A stretch of DNA of 64,000 bases from contig DASVDR010000029.1 in NCBI GenBank assembly GCA_036381015.1, forward strand, positions 96,676 to 160,675. The letters are read 5' to 3'. The notes beneath the pieces were generated by a model, which saw nothing but the letters and a program-made list of their open reading frames with translations, was not told the origin of the DNA and made no database searches. A program made the position numbers and the translations under genes. Below, piece after piece: positions 17,797-28,219 of this stretch (its first letter is position 1; each line of letters begins with the position of its first letter). Source of the stretch: Gammaproteobacteria bacterium (GTDB taxonomy: Bacteria > Pseudomonadota > Gammaproteobacteria > Steroidobacterales > Rariloculaceae).

Positions 17797-17988
17797 ATGT
17801 TCCGTACGGCATCGCTCCTCGCCCTCGTGCCGGTCATCCTCACCGGCGCCGCCCGCGCGCATCACAGCCAGGTCAGCTTGTTCGACTCGTCCCGCACGAT
17901 CGAGATCACCGGCGCGTCCTCTGGGCGGAGCTCGTCGTCGTGCCGGACCGACGGATGGGCTGCCCCAGCGGCGGAAGGCGCCTGTTAG
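17797..17988 (+). pseudogene. Possible truncated relic of a small secreted 'His-His' protein (DUF6152-like)
   Basis: MFRTASLLALVPVILTGAARA-HHSQVSLFDSSRTIEITGA parallels the N-terminus of the 45789..46190 protein (..ANA-HHSYAATYDVSRTVRLEGR). It then degenerates into Ser/Arg-rich sequence and stops at 63 aa. Confidence 0.3.
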
Positions 17989-18044
17989 CATGGAGCGTGT
18001 GAGCGCGTCGGCGCCGCGCACCCCGCCGAAAAGGAGGTCGGAAT

Positions 18045-18491
18045 ATGTACCACTCGATACTCGTGCCGATCGACGGCTCCGCACAGTCCCGCAAAGCGCT
18101 CGAGGTGGCCGTCGATCTGATCGACTCCGATCGCGGCTTGCTTTATGCGCTCAACGTCCAGGAGCCGCCGCTCGCCGAAGACACCCTCGGACGGGCGACC
18201 GGGGCGCCGGCCCGCAATGCCGATCGAGTCGTGCAATCGTCGGGGCAGGTGGTGCTCGATTCCGTCCGCGCCGAGGCAGGGCTCGACGCTGAACGCGTGC
18301 AAACGCTCGTGCGCGCGGGGCGGCCCGCCTCGGTCATCGTCTCGGAAGCAGAGCGTTTGGGCGTCGACGCGATCGTCATCGGCAGCCGTGGCACGAGCGA
18401 CATCGGCAGTCTGATCATGGGCAGCGTGTCCCATCGCGTGCTGCACTCGGCGCCGTGCAGCGTGATCGTCGTAGCGGACAGGACGCCGTAG
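18045..18491 (+). CDS. Universal stress protein (UspA family)
   Basis: MYHSILVPIDGS...VDAIVIGSRGTSDIGSLIMGSVSHRVLHSAPCSVIVV. AGGAGG SD. Confidence 0.9.
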   Translation: MYHSILVPIDGSAQSRKALEVAVDLIDSDRGLLYALNVQEPPLAEDTLGRATGAPARNADRVVQSSGQVVLDSVRAEAGLDAERVQTLVRAGRPASVIVSEAERLGVDAIVIGSRGTSDIGSLIMGSVSHRVLHSAPCSVIVVADRTP

Positions 18492-18646
18492 CTTCGGTGT
18501 TGGGCCGGCTTCCCTGTCCCGTTCTTCTCCCAAACGATCTCGGACTTCGAAACCAAGCTCGGCCCACGATGCCGAGCTCTCAAACGCTTCCAACCGCGTC
18601 TACGACGTTTTTCGCCGGCCCTATCTCGACCGCCGGTCCAAGAAGC

Positions 18647-18690
18647 TTGACTCGACACTGCGCTATGCATATATATGCGCTAGGCATATA
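18647..18690 (+). promoter_or_regulatory. Sigma-70-like promoter with overlapping palindromic operator upstream of padR
   Basis: TTGACT (18647-52), 17 nt spacer, TATATA (18670-75). The perfect 12-bp palindrome GCATATATATGC (18667-78) overlaps the -10, and an extra half-site GCATATA sits at 18684-90. Confidence 0.45.
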
Positions 18691-18707
18691 GTATCGGCCG
18701 GATTTGC

Positions 18708-19070
18708 ATGGACCGTGACCGCAGAAGGGACAGCCGGACGTCGCTACGCCCCGTGGAGTTTCACATCCTCCTGAGCCTGGCCGGCGGAGAGCGCCACGGC
18801 TACGGCATCCTGCAGGACGCGCGGGAACGTGGCGAGGAGGCGGCGATGCCCGATGTGGGAACCCTCTATCGCGCGCTGGCGCGGATGGTCGAACTGGGAT
18901 GGATCGAAGCGGCGGGCCGGCGGTCGGCGCCCGACGCGGGTGAGGAGCGCCGCAACTACTATCGCATCACGAAGGCGGGGCTCCAAGTTGCCAAAGCGGA
19001 AGCGCGGCGGCTGGAGGCCCTGACGCGGGCGGCACGGCTCGGCGGCCTGCTCGAGGGGGTGGCGAAGTGA
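18708..19070 (+). CDS. PadR-family transcriptional regulator
   Basis: EFHILLSLAGGERHGYGILQD...GTLYRALARMVELGWIE...RRNYYRITKAG. Stop overlaps the downstream GTG (GTGA). Confidence 0.9.
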   Translation: MDRDRRRDSRTSLRPVEFHILLSLAGGERHGYGILQDARERGEEAAMPDVGTLYRALARMVELGWIEAAGRRSAPDAGEERRNYYRITKAGLQVAKAEARRLEALTRAARLGGLLEGVAK

Positions 19071-21766
19071 GACGCGATCGTTTGCTGCATGTCTCCGACG
19101 CCTGGTTCCGCCTGCTGCTCCGGCTCTACCCGCCCGACTTCCGCGACGAGATGGGTGAGGCGCTGGTGGAGACCTACCGGGACCGGGCAAGCGAAGCGTT
19201 GGATCACGGCAGTGCTGCCGCCAGTCGGCTCCGGCTGGCCGGTGTGTGGCTCGCGGCGCTCTGGGATTCGCTGCGGAACGGCCCGGGCGAACGATTGCAT
19301 CCGGCCGTGTCCTGGAGACGCGGCGGCGACTGGGGCCGGGACCTGGAGCGCGTGGGCCGCCGATTCCGTCGTTCGCCGGTCTTCGTCGCGGCGACGCTGG
19401 GAACTCTGACGGTCGGGCTGGGAGCGTTCGCGGTGGTGTACACCGCCGTCGATAAGGTTCTGATCGAGCCCTTGCCCTACAGCAATCCGGATGACCTGTA
19501 CTTCGTCTGGCGCGATGACACGGCGTATTCCGACGGGGACCGGAACGGGCTCAGTGGACCCGACATCGTCGAACTGCAGCAGGCCGGTGGCGTCATTGAA
19601 GACGCGGCCGCCCTGCGGGTCGAGCTGCGAACGCTTTCCGCCAGTGGCGAGACGAACCCGCCCGACCTGACGACGATGCTCGTTTCGCCGAACCTGTTCG
19701 ACCTGCTGGGCGTAGCCCCGGCTCTCGGTCGTGGTTTTGCGCCCGAGGAAGCCGGCCCCGACCGTCCACCGGTGATCGTGTTGAATGATGCCCTGTGGAG
19801 ACGACTGGGCGGCGACCCCGCGATCATCGGCGCGGAAGTCGAATTGAGTGAAGAGCGCTATACCGTCGTCGGCGTCATGCCGCCCGACTTCCGGTTGGCC
19901 GGGCAGGCGTGGTGGGCCGCGTCGCCCCGTAGAGCGGACCTGTATGTTCCGTTCGACTTCGATCTCGCGGACGAGGATCCGGGCGACGGAGACTTCACTG
20001 GATTGATACGCGCCCGCCGGGGCAGCTCGCCCGAGGCGGTGGCCGCGGCCGTGGACGGCGTCGGCCGTCTCCTCGACGAACGCCACAATCAAAGCCGCGG
20101 TCGCCGCTATTATCCGACCGGACTCCAGGCGGACCTGGTCGCCCCCATCCGGCCAGCCCTGATCGCCTTGGGCTTCGCCGGCGTGTTCCTGCTGCTCGTG
20201 CTGGCGGTGAATCTCGCGTCGCTACTGCTGGCGCGTGCGGCCGATCGCGAGCGGGAATTTGCCGTGTCCCGCGCGCTCGGTGCGAACGGCCTCGCCGTCG
20301 TGCGTGCGATCGTGCTCGAGGGCGGCCTGCTGGGTCTCTTTGGCGGCCTGCTGGGCGCGGCGGCGGGAATCTGGGGCACACGCCTGATCGTCGCCGTGGC
20401 GCCGCTCGACCTGCCGCGCCGCGAGGAGATCGTCCTGGACTGGGGCACCGGCGCCGTTGTCGTTGCCGTGGGCGTGCTCCTGGGCCTCTCGGCGGCCGCT
20501 GCGCCTGCGGCGTGGGCATCGCGGGCGTCTCTGACGTCGTTGCTGGGGAGAAGCGCGGTGCGTGGGGGCGGCCGTTCGTCCCGCTTGCGCGGCGGCCTGA
20601 TCGTGGCGCAGGTCGCATTGTCTCTGGTGCTGCTCAGTGCCGGGGGCCTCGTGGTGCGCAACTTCGAACGGCTGCTCGCCGTGGACCCCGGCTTTCGATC
20701 CGAAGGCGTCCTCACTTTCCACCTGACCATGGCGCCCCGGCTCTTTACTGAACCTGCCGATGCGTTCGCCTTCCAGGATCGGGTCGAGGCCTCGCTTCGT
20801 GCTCTGCCGGGCGTCACGGGCGTCAGCGCTACGTCCGCGCTACCGCTCGGAAGCTCGGCATCGTTGGCCGAAATCTCGATTCCCGGCGCGCCGGGAAATA
20901 CCGGCGATGCCGAACGGGATTCAACGCTGGTCAATACGATACTCATACGCGCGGGGTACGTCGAAGCCATGGGGATGCGGCTTCTGGACGGCCGAACGTT
21001 CGGCGAGACGCGTCGAGACGATGTGCGCGAAGCACTCATCGATCGCCGTCTGGCCGAACGGTTTTTTCCGACGGGCAGCCCGCTCGGTGCGACGATCCCG
21101 TTCGGACGAGCCGGTGGATCACTGACGGTCGTCGGCGTCGTGGAGCAGGCCCGGCTGGACGATATCCATCAGGACGGCCGACCGCAGCTCTTCATCCGGT
21201 CCGAAGACTGGGGGCCATTTGGTCAACCGTATTTCGTCGTGGTCCGTACAGAGAGAGAACCGCAGTCACTGATCCCGGAAGTGAGAGCTGCGATCGGACG
21301 GATCGACTCGCGAGTCCCGTTGTCACAGATGCGGACGATGGACGAGATCGTCGCCGACGCGCGCAGCCGGGAGCGCCTCAGCGCCGTCTTGATCGCCGGG
21401 TTTGCACTCGGCGCCCTGCTTCTGGTCGCGATGGGTCTGTTCGGCGTGGTGTCGCGGTCCGTGACCCGGCGCCGCGGCGAGCTCGCCGTCCGATGCGCGC
21501 TCGGCGCCACCCCCGGCCGTGTCTTGCGGCTCGTGTTGGGCGAAGGTGCGCGGCTGATCGTCCTCGGTCTCGTGATCGGCATTCCCGGAATCTACCTGTC
21601 CGGCCGGGCGATCCGGGGCATTCTCGTCGAGGTGTCGCCGTACGACGGGCCCACGCTCGTTGCCGTCGGGATCGGTCTGGTTGCCGTAGCGCTTCTCGTC
21701 TGCTACCTGGCGGCGCGACGTGTGACGGCGATCGAGCCCTCGGCGCTGCTTAGGGAGGAAGGCTGA
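19067..21766 (+). CDS. ADOP-type duplicated FtsX/MacB-like permease with N-terminal 'permease prefix' (intact copy)
   Basis: FRLLLRLYPPDFRDEMG prefix. Two MacB-type periplasmic domains and two FtsX TM bundles. C-terminal ...YLAARRVTAIEPSALLREEG. Translationally coupled to padR. Confidence 0.85.
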   Translation: MRRDRLLHVSDAWFRLLLRLYPPDFRDEMGEALVETYRDRASEALDHGSAAASRLRLAGVWLAALWDSLRNGPGERLHPAVSWRRGGDWGRDLERVGRRFRRSPVFVAATLGTLTVGLGAFAVVYTAVDKVLIEPLPYSNPDDLYFVWRDDTAYSDGDRNGLSGPDIVELQQAGGVIEDAAALRVELRTLSASGETNPPDLTTMLVSPNLFDLLGVAPALGRGFAPEEAGPDRPPVIVLNDALWRRLGGDPAIIGAEVELSEERYTVVGVMPPDFRLAGQAWWAASPRRADLYVPFDFDLADEDPGDGDFTGLIRARRGSSPEAVAAAVDGVGRLLDERHNQSRGRRYYPTGLQADLVAPIRPALIALGFAGVFLLLVLAVNLASLLLARAADREREFAVSRALGANGLAVVRAIVLEGGLLGLFGGLLGAAAGIWGTRLIVAVAPLDLPRREEIVLDWGTGAVVVAVGVLLGLSAAAAPAAWASRASLTSLLGRSAVRGGGRSSRLRGGLIVAQVALSLVLLSAGGLVVRNFERLLAVDPGFRSEGVLTFHLTMAPRLFTEPADAFAFQDRVEASLRALPGVTGVSATSALPLGSSASLAEISIPGAPGNTGDAERDSTLVNTILIRAGYVEAMGMRLLDGRTFGETRRDDVREALIDRRLAERFFPTGSPLGATIPFGRAGGSLTVVGVVEQARLDDIHQDGRPQLFIRSEDWGPFGQPYFVVVRTEREPQSLIPEVRAAIGRIDSRVPLSQMRTMDEIVADARSRERLSAVLIAGFALGALLLVAMGLFGVVSRSVTRRRGELAVRCALGATPGRVLRLVLGEGARLIVLGLVIGIPGIYLSGRAIRGILVEVSPYDGPTLVAVGIGLVAVALLVCYLAARRVTAIEPSALLREEG

Positions 21767-21839
21767 CGGGCGCAAGGGCCCCTCTCCCAACCCACACCGA
21801 TCGGGGACGTTTCTCGGCCGGCGCTTGACGGAATGTCGG

Positions 21840-23060
21840 CTACTTCGGCGTAACGCGATACATCCCGCCCGGATTGGCGTCCTCGAGCAGCCATACCGCC
21901 CCGTCCGGCGCGACGGCGACGTCGCGAATCCGATGACCCACGTCCCAGCGCTCCGCGGGCGCGGCGCCGCCCTTTCCGTCGAACGTCACGCGGTTGAGCG
22001 TTTGACTGCCCAGTCCGCCGATGAGCGCCGAGCCGCGCCACTCGGGAAACAAGTTGCCCGTGTAGAAAGCGAGGTTGCCCGGCGCGATGACGGGCGCCCA
22101 ATAGATGACCGGCTTCGCAAGATCCGGCCGCGAATCCGGGCTCGGGATCGGCACGCCGTTGTAGTTGCGGCCGTATGAGACGAGCGGCCAGCCGTAGTTC
22201 TTGCCGGGCTTGATGAGGTTCAGCTCGTCGCCGCCGCGCGGGCCGTGCTCGACTTCCCAAAGCCGGCCGTCGGGCGCGAACGCAAGACCGTAGGGCGTGC
22301 GGTGCCCGCTGGTCCAGATTTCCGCCGGGGCGAGGTTCGGCGACGGAAACGTGTAGGTGCTGACCACGGGGGCGGTCTTTGCCGCTTCCGTATCCCTCGG
22401 GGGCTCGATCAGCGTGACGCTCGCGGCGCCCGTCTTGCCTTCGCCCGGATTGCCCGGCGCGGGCTTGCCGTCGAGCGTGAGGTGCAGGATCTTGCCGAGC
22501 GCTTGATCGGGATCCTGAGCGGGCGTCATGCGCTGGCGCTCGCCGACCGTCAAAAACAGACTTTCGCCGTCGGGCGAAAACGCGATCTGACCGCCGAATT
22601 GACCGCCCCTGCCTTTCGGCATTTGGCGCCAAAGCACCTGCAACCCTTCGAGGCTCGCGGCGTCATCGGTCAGCGAGAGCCGGGCGCGCGCGAGCGCGAG
22701 GCTCGAGCCGCCGTCTCCGGGCTCCGCGTAGGTCAAGTAGATGGAGTGATCGGTCGCATAGTGCGGCGATGTGAAGACGCCGAGCATGCCGCCCTGTCCC
22801 TGATAGAGGACGGCCGGCACGTTCGTCACCGGCGTCTTCTCGCCCTCCTGGGTGACGAGCCAGAGCGGGCCCACCTTCTCGGTAACGAGCATCCGTCCAT
22901 CGGGCAGGAACGCGATGCGCCACGGCAGATTGAACGTCGCGACCTGTGTCATCGTAAACGGCAGGCTCGGCTCGGGCTTCTGCTCGCCGGCATTGATCTG
23001 CGCGTGCGCCGAAGACCAGGCGAGCATCGAAAGAAAGGCCGCGCACGAAAGAGTCTTCAT
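21840..23060 (-). CDS. PQQ-dependent soluble sugar (aldose/sorbosone) dehydrogenase family, secreted
   Basis: Signal peptide. PWRIAFLPDGRMLVTEK, GGMLGV, GGQIAFSPDG, LGKILHLTLDG, SGHRTPYGLAF, EHGPRGGDELN, GKNYGWP. Confidence 0.85.
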   Translation of the reverse strand: MKTLSCAAFLSMLAWSSAHAQINAGEQKPEPSLPFTMTQVATFNLPWRIAFLPDGRMLVTEKVGPLWLVTQEGEKTPVTNVPAVLYQGQGGMLGVFTSPHYATDHSIYLTYAEPGDGGSSLALARARLSLTDDAASLEGLQVLWRQMPKGRGGQFGGQIAFSPDGESLFLTVGERQRMTPAQDPDQALGKILHLTLDGKPAPGNPGEGKTGAASVTLIEPPRDTEAAKTAPVVSTYTFPSPNLAPAEIWTSGHRTPYGLAFAPDGRLWEVEHGPRGGDELNLIKPGKNYGWPLVSYGRNYNGVPIPSPDSRPDLAKPVIYWAPVIAPGNLAFYTGNLFPEWRGSALIGGLGSQTLNRVTFDGKGGAAPAERWDVGHRIRDVAVAPDGAVWLLEDANPGGMYRVTPK

Positions 23061-23139
23061 TCTTGGTGTTCCTCTGCTCTTGTGCTCGAATCCGGAGTAG
23101 ACAAAGGTATTCGATCGCGGGGCGGCGCGCCACTCCGAG

Positions 23140-26127
23140 TCAAAATGAAAGGTTCACTCCGACATCGAAGAACCGGCCCAGCGTGTCGTACAGACTTTGA
23201 TTGAATTCGTTCGTCCCCGTACGCCCGACGCCGCCAGGCGTCGGCACGGGCTCCCTGTTGAACAGGTTGCTTATTTGCGCAAACGCTTGCCAATTTCCGC
23301 CGCCCGCAAAGGATCCCGAATAAGAAAAATGAAGATCGGTGTAGAAAATGGAAGGAACGCTGTTGTCGTCGATGTCGACACCTTCCACGTAGAAGCGATT
23401 CAACACGCCTCCATCGATCCAGCGCCCCTGCAAGAATACGTCGACCGGGCCGACACCATAGCCGAGATGTGCCGTGAACTTCCTTTTCGGCAAGGCCATG
23501 CCGCCGACTTCTCCCGCTCGATCGTCTCGCGGCGCGCCGGGGCTCTTGATGGAATTCTCGTCGAGCCAGCTGCCCAGGAAGCGTGTCGACAAGGTTCCGG
23601 CCGCTCCGAACCAATCGACATCCCTCCGATACGTCATCTCGACGTCGACGCCTTTGACTCGGTTGTCATCCAGATTGGTGTAGAGCTGCGCAATGCTGAC
23701 GATGCGCTGAGTGTCCGGGTCTCGCGTGATGAGCTCGCAGAGATCCCTCGCCCCTTGGAAGCACAAGTCGACGAGATCCTGAGCCGACGGCTCGGCAATG
23801 GCGCCGTGCACGTCGATGTCGTACCAGTCGACGGAGATCCCGAGCCCCGGCACGGAGGGCGGTTGAAACACCGCACCCAGCGTAAACGTATCGGCCTCTT
23901 CCGGTCTCAAGCTCGGATTACCGCCGACACGCACCTGCGTGGAGTAGCGGATGCCGCCGAGCTCGGGATCTTCCACCGAAGCTCCCCCTCCCGTTTGCTC
24001 GAAAAGCTCGTGAAGAGTCGGCGCCCGAACGTCGCGCGATCGCGTACCTCGAATCCGCAACGCGTCGGTCACTTGCCAGTTGAGCCCATACTTCCAGGCC
24101 CAGATACCGCCGCTCGCACTGTAATCCGCCCAGCGCGCGGCGACGTTCAAGCCGAGCTGTTGCGCCAGCGGCCGGCCCGACAAGAGCGGAATGTCGAGCT
24201 CACTGAACAGCTCCGAGACGTGTGAGGTGCCTTCCGCCGAGGCAGTTTCGTTTTGTATCGACGCGGTAAACAGATTCACGCTCAGGCTGTTGTTGCCCAA
24301 ATACCCGGGCGGCACGCTTCCCGGCCGCACGCCCGGCATGCCGTTGGGCTGATCTTCGGGGACGAGGCCGCGCAAGTGCGTGTTTTCACCATTGAGGTAT
24401 ACGAACTCGTCTCTGAGGTCCGGCACCCAGGACCTCATGCTGTCTTCGCGGTATGACGCGCCGGCGGCCATCGATATCGGGCCCGCTCCCCAGCCTTGCG
24501 CGATAGTCCCATCCAGAACGAGCTCCGCAACCGTCTGATCGATGAAGTTGAGGATCGACATCGGCCTCGGATTCAGAATGTACTCGGCGGCTTCCGGCGA
24601 GAGGTTTTGCACGCCGCCGAAAAGATTGATCGGCACGCAATCCCCGAACGTCTCGGGATTCACCTGTGCCGCGCGGCACTCGATGGCTCCCGTGGCGGGA
24701 TTCCTGACGGCGTCCAAGCCCAAGAACAGCGTGTCCACGCGGGTGGGGTTATGGAGGATGTTTTCCTCGTCGTTCTTCCCGTACTGGACGTACCCCCGCG
24801 CTCCCCAGTTGTCTCCAAGCTCCGCATCGAACCCGAAGGTTCCCGATCGGGATGCCTGGGTCGTCTTCACGGTGTAGGTACCGAGCGGTGTGTTCGAGTT
24901 GTTCCGGCCGAACAACCCGAAGCCGAAGGACTCCAGCCCTTCCTGGTCCATGATGGCCTGGACCTCGCTCGGCAAGAATGGATTGCCGGAGAAGATCGTG
25001 GCCTGCCACGGCCCGGAGAGCGTGATGCCGACCCACGGGGCCCGTGTGTAGCTGTCCGACGCCATCGCCTGGAAATAGACGCTGATCTTGTCGGACAAGT
25101 CGTAATCGAGATAGGTAAACAGGTTCTCTCGTTGGTTCTCGTCGAGAAGCCAATCGTCCTGGTCGACGCCATAGGTCTGACTCGGCTCCGCCTGACAATT
25201 GCAGCCTCCGTCGAGATCACCGACGCCGCTGAACTCGAGCGGCCGGACGGAAACGCCTTGATCCGTGTTGACGAACTCCATCTTGTTCAACGCCGAGCCC
25301 GGAGCGTTGATGATGCCCGTGTAGGAGAAATTCGTGGGGCGCACGAACGGCCTGATGATCAGCGAGGGTCCGTTAGGGTCCGGGTTCGTGACGCGCGCCC
25401 ATTGCTTGAAGAAGCCGCGTCGCTTCAGAGCCTCCAGGCCGCCTATGCCGTCTTGGTGGTAATAATCGCCGGCGACCTGGAAGTGCAGGCGCTCTCCGAT
25501 ATCGGTGCCGAACGCGAGCGTCGCCCCGCGGCTCTCTCCGTCCGAAAACGTCGTGCGGCCCGTTTTCACGCGGGCCTCGAGCCCGTCGAAATTCGTGTCG
25601 AGCAGGAAGTTGACCACGCCGGCCACGGCGTCCGTTCCATACGCCGCCGACGCACCTCCGGTCACCGTCTCCACGCGCTGGATGAACGGCTCCGGGAGGT
25701 CGCTCGTATTGGCGACGCCCTGACGATTCGTCGGCGCCACGCGGCGGCCGTCGAGAAGCACGAGGGTACGATTGAGACCGGCGCCTCTGAGATTGAGCGC
25801 GCCGCCGACCCCTTCTATCCACCATCTTGTCGTCTGCGGCGTCAGGTTACCGGAGAATTGCGGCAACTGGCTCAGGGCATTGATCATTTGCCCCGGCGCC
25901 ATGTTTTGCAGCTCCGTGCTCGTGACCGCCGTCACGGGCGTCGGCGTGACCATACCCGTGCGCTGGATTCGCGAACCCGTAACGAGCACTTCTTCGACCG
26001 CTTGCCCGACTGCGTCTTGTGCGTGCGCGCAGGTGAGCGCCCCGGTACCGCACGCCAACAAGGCAACGGCGGCGATTGGGCGGCGATTGCCGTGGCTCTT
26101 TCCGACATTGCTATTGCTCTGCAACAT
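23140..26127 (-). CDS. TonB-dependent receptor (paralog 3)
   Basis: Signal ...LTCAHAQDA. EEVLVTGSRI, RTLVLLDGRR, VTGGASAAYGTDAVAGVVNFLLD. Ends ...GVNLSF. Confidence 0.9.
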   Translation of the reverse strand: MLQSNSNVGKSHGNRRPIAAVALLACGTGALTCAHAQDAVGQAVEEVLVTGSRIQRTGMVTPTPVTAVTSTELQNMAPGQMINALSQLPQFSGNLTPQTTRWWIEGVGGALNLRGAGLNRTLVLLDGRRVAPTNRQGVANTSDLPEPFIQRVETVTGGASAAYGTDAVAGVVNFLLDTNFDGLEARVKTGRTTFSDGESRGATLAFGTDIGERLHFQVAGDYYHQDGIGGLEALKRRGFFKQWARVTNPDPNGPSLIIRPFVRPTNFSYTGIINAPGSALNKMEFVNTDQGVSVRPLEFSGVGDLDGGCNCQAEPSQTYGVDQDDWLLDENQRENLFTYLDYDLSDKISVYFQAMASDSYTRAPWVGITLSGPWQATIFSGNPFLPSEVQAIMDQEGLESFGFGLFGRNNSNTPLGTYTVKTTQASRSGTFGFDAELGDNWGARGYVQYGKNDEENILHNPTRVDTLFLGLDAVRNPATGAIECRAAQVNPETFGDCVPINLFGGVQNLSPEAAEYILNPRPMSILNFIDQTVAELVLDGTIAQGWGAGPISMAAGASYREDSMRSWVPDLRDEFVYLNGENTHLRGLVPEDQPNGMPGVRPGSVPPGYLGNNSLSVNLFTASIQNETASAEGTSHVSELFSELDIPLLSGRPLAQQLGLNVAARWADYSASGGIWAWKYGLNWQVTDALRIRGTRSRDVRAPTLHELFEQTGGGASVEDPELGGIRYSTQVRVGGNPSLRPEEADTFTLGAVFQPPSVPGLGISVDWYDIDVHGAIAEPSAQDLVDLCFQGARDLCELITRDPDTQRIVSIAQLYTNLDDNRVKGVDVEMTYRRDVDWFGAAGTLSTRFLGSWLDENSIKSPGAPRDDRAGEVGGMALPKRKFTAHLGYGVGPVDVFLQGRWIDGGVLNRFYVEGVDIDDNSVPSIFYTDLHFSYSGSFAGGGNWQAFAQISNLFNREPVPTPGGVGRTGTNEFNQSLYDTLGRFFDVGVNLSF

Positions 26128-26391
26128 CTTTTTTCCCCCGCTATCGACTACCCCCCCTGTCGACCCAACATACGGTCGCTTCCGTCATGAGTCCAGCCAT
26201 TCGCGGCGCGCTGAGCGACTCGCACGCGGCGCGCTCGATGGATCATGCGGCGAGCGGGCGAAGCAGAGGCGAAAGCCTCTGTCGAGCAAAGCGCGAGGAT
26301 ACGAAACCGTGCAGTTCGGAGAACGGCCCGGCGGCGGATAGCGCCGTCTCGAGCCTCGCGTAGCGTGGCGCCCTGCGCACGCTCGTGACTG

Positions 26392-26645
26392 ATGACGACC
26401 ATGACCGTCGGTGAGCTGGCGGCACTCAGCGAGCTGACGCGGACGCCGATGTTCTGGTCCTGGCCAAGGAGTGGATGGCGCTGGTCCGTCAGTTCACCGG
26501 CGGGGATCCGGAAATGGCCAGGTCGGTGGCGAGGATGTACGGCAACGAGCCATCGATGCGCGAGCGGTACGGGCTGGATCTCGACCTCATGCGCTTCGTC
26601 GGCGCCGCCATCGAGATCCTGCGTCAACAGGAAAAAGCAGGCTGA
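26392..26645 (+). pseudogene. Relic of a MerR/TipAS-type regulator (N-terminal stub joined out of frame to the C-terminal tail)
   Basis: Frame A gives MTTMTVGELAALSELTRT (MerR-like start). A different frame (26415-26645) gives ..[57 protein letters not shown], typical of a TipAS C-terminus. The middle of the gene is missing. Confidence 0.5.
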
Positions 26646-26693
26646 ATCCAAACAACCGTTGCCGTTCGGATCAAGGGGCCGCCGGGTCCGCCT

Positions 26694-28203
26694 TCACTCG
26701 TGGCGCAGCGCGTCCATCGGCGCGATCCTCGACGCCCGTCGCGCGGGAAGATATTCCGCCGTGGCCACGACCGCGGCGAGCAACGCGGCCGCGCCGGCGA
26801 GGACGAACGGATCGCGAGCCGAGAGGCCGAACAGCAGCGCCTCGGCGGCGCGCCCGGCGCCGAACGCTCCGCCGAGGCCGACGAGATGCCGACGATCGCC
26901 ATCCCTCCCACTTGCCTCAGCACCATCCCCCGAAGGTTCCTCGGCTCGGCGCCGAGCGCGAGCCGCAAGCCGAGCTCGCGCGTGCGCTGCACGACGCCGT
27001 AGGCGAGGACGCCGTAGATTCCGATCGCCGCGAGCAAGGTCGCGAGGGCAGCGAAGCCCGCGGCGAGCATCGTCACGAGGCGGTCGATGTAGACGTTGTC
27101 CCGGACCTGATGCCGCATCGTCGCGAGGCCGTCGACGGGAAGATTCGGATCGACGCCCGACACGATCCGCGGGATCGCGCGCAGCAGCCCGTCGGCGTCG
27201 CGCCCGGCGCGGACGTAGAACCGAAGCGACGTGAGCGAGAGCTGCTGGCGGAGCGGCGTGAAGAACTGCGCCGGCGCCGCCTCCTTGACGTTCCCGTACT
27301 TCGCGTCGGCGACGACGCCGACGATCTCGATGTCGGGCTCCGCTCCGGTGCCGATGCCGATCCGCGTGCCGAGCGCGTCGTTCCCGAGCCGGAACCGGCG
27401 CACGAAGGCCTCGTTGACGATCGCGACGCGAGGAGCGCCTTCATCGTCGTCGTCCGTGTAATCGCGGCCCGCGAGCAGCGGCATCGACAGCGTCTCGAAG
27501 AACCCGGGGCTTACGGCGTTCGTTGCGGCCCCGGGAGCCGGGCCGGGGAAAGCTTCGAACCCCTCCACGGTGATCGTCATCCCCAGGCGCTCGCCACTCA
27601 TCAGCGGTGCCGTCGACAGCGCGACGCTCGCGACGCCCGGCTGCGCGTCGAGCTCCTCCGCAATTCGATCGCCGAGCGCGAGGACGCGCGCCGGGTCGTA
27701 CTGGGCCGGCGGCGGCGAGACGCCGAACGCGATCAACGAATCCGCGTCGAATCCGAGATCCTCACGCGCGATGTTCGCGAGGCTCTGGGCAAAGAGCCCG
27801 GCCAGTGCCAGCAGCACCATCGAGATCGCGATCTGCGCCGTGGCGAGCACGCCGCGCGAGCGCGCGCGCGGTCGCCGAAGGCGAAGTTCGCCTCGAACGG
27901 CCCGTGGTGCGCGGCGAGGCCCGTGAACACGTCTTGCCGCGCTTCGAGCTCGCGGAACATCGGATAGCTCAATGCGTACTCGCGGTTGCACCCGAGCTCG
28001 CCGCACCACAACGTTCCGGGCTCCTGCCCTGACTCGACGACATTGACGAGCCGGTCGGGCTCGGGGACGGGCAGGGGCCGCACGAGGATCTGATGGAACA
28101 GCGAGAAGATCGCCGTCGTCCCGCCGATGCCGAGCGCGAGCATGAGGATCAGGGCGGCGGAGAGCCCCGGGCGCAGGGCGAGCTGCCGCAGCGCGTGCTT
28201 CAC
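26694..28203 (-). pseudogene. ADOP/FtsX-type permease with large internal deletion and frameshifts
   Basis: N-terminus [28 protein letters not shown].. (27733..28203) jumps frame to ..[22 protein letters not shown].. (second-half TM). Near 26880 the frame shifts again. The true tail ..[21 protein letters not shown] ends at 26694. About 300 aa of the first half are absent. Confidence 0.65.
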
Positions 28204-28219
28204 GGACGTGCCGAAGACC

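Noticed and set aside
26264-26281. CAGAGGC-GAAA-GCCTCTG tetraloop hairpin in the 5' region of TBDR paralog 3; possible riboswitch or leader element
   Set aside because: This is an isolated 7-bp stem. I could not recognise a cobalamin B12-box or any other riboswitch core in the TBDR leaders (5415-5647, 14525-14794, 26128-26391).
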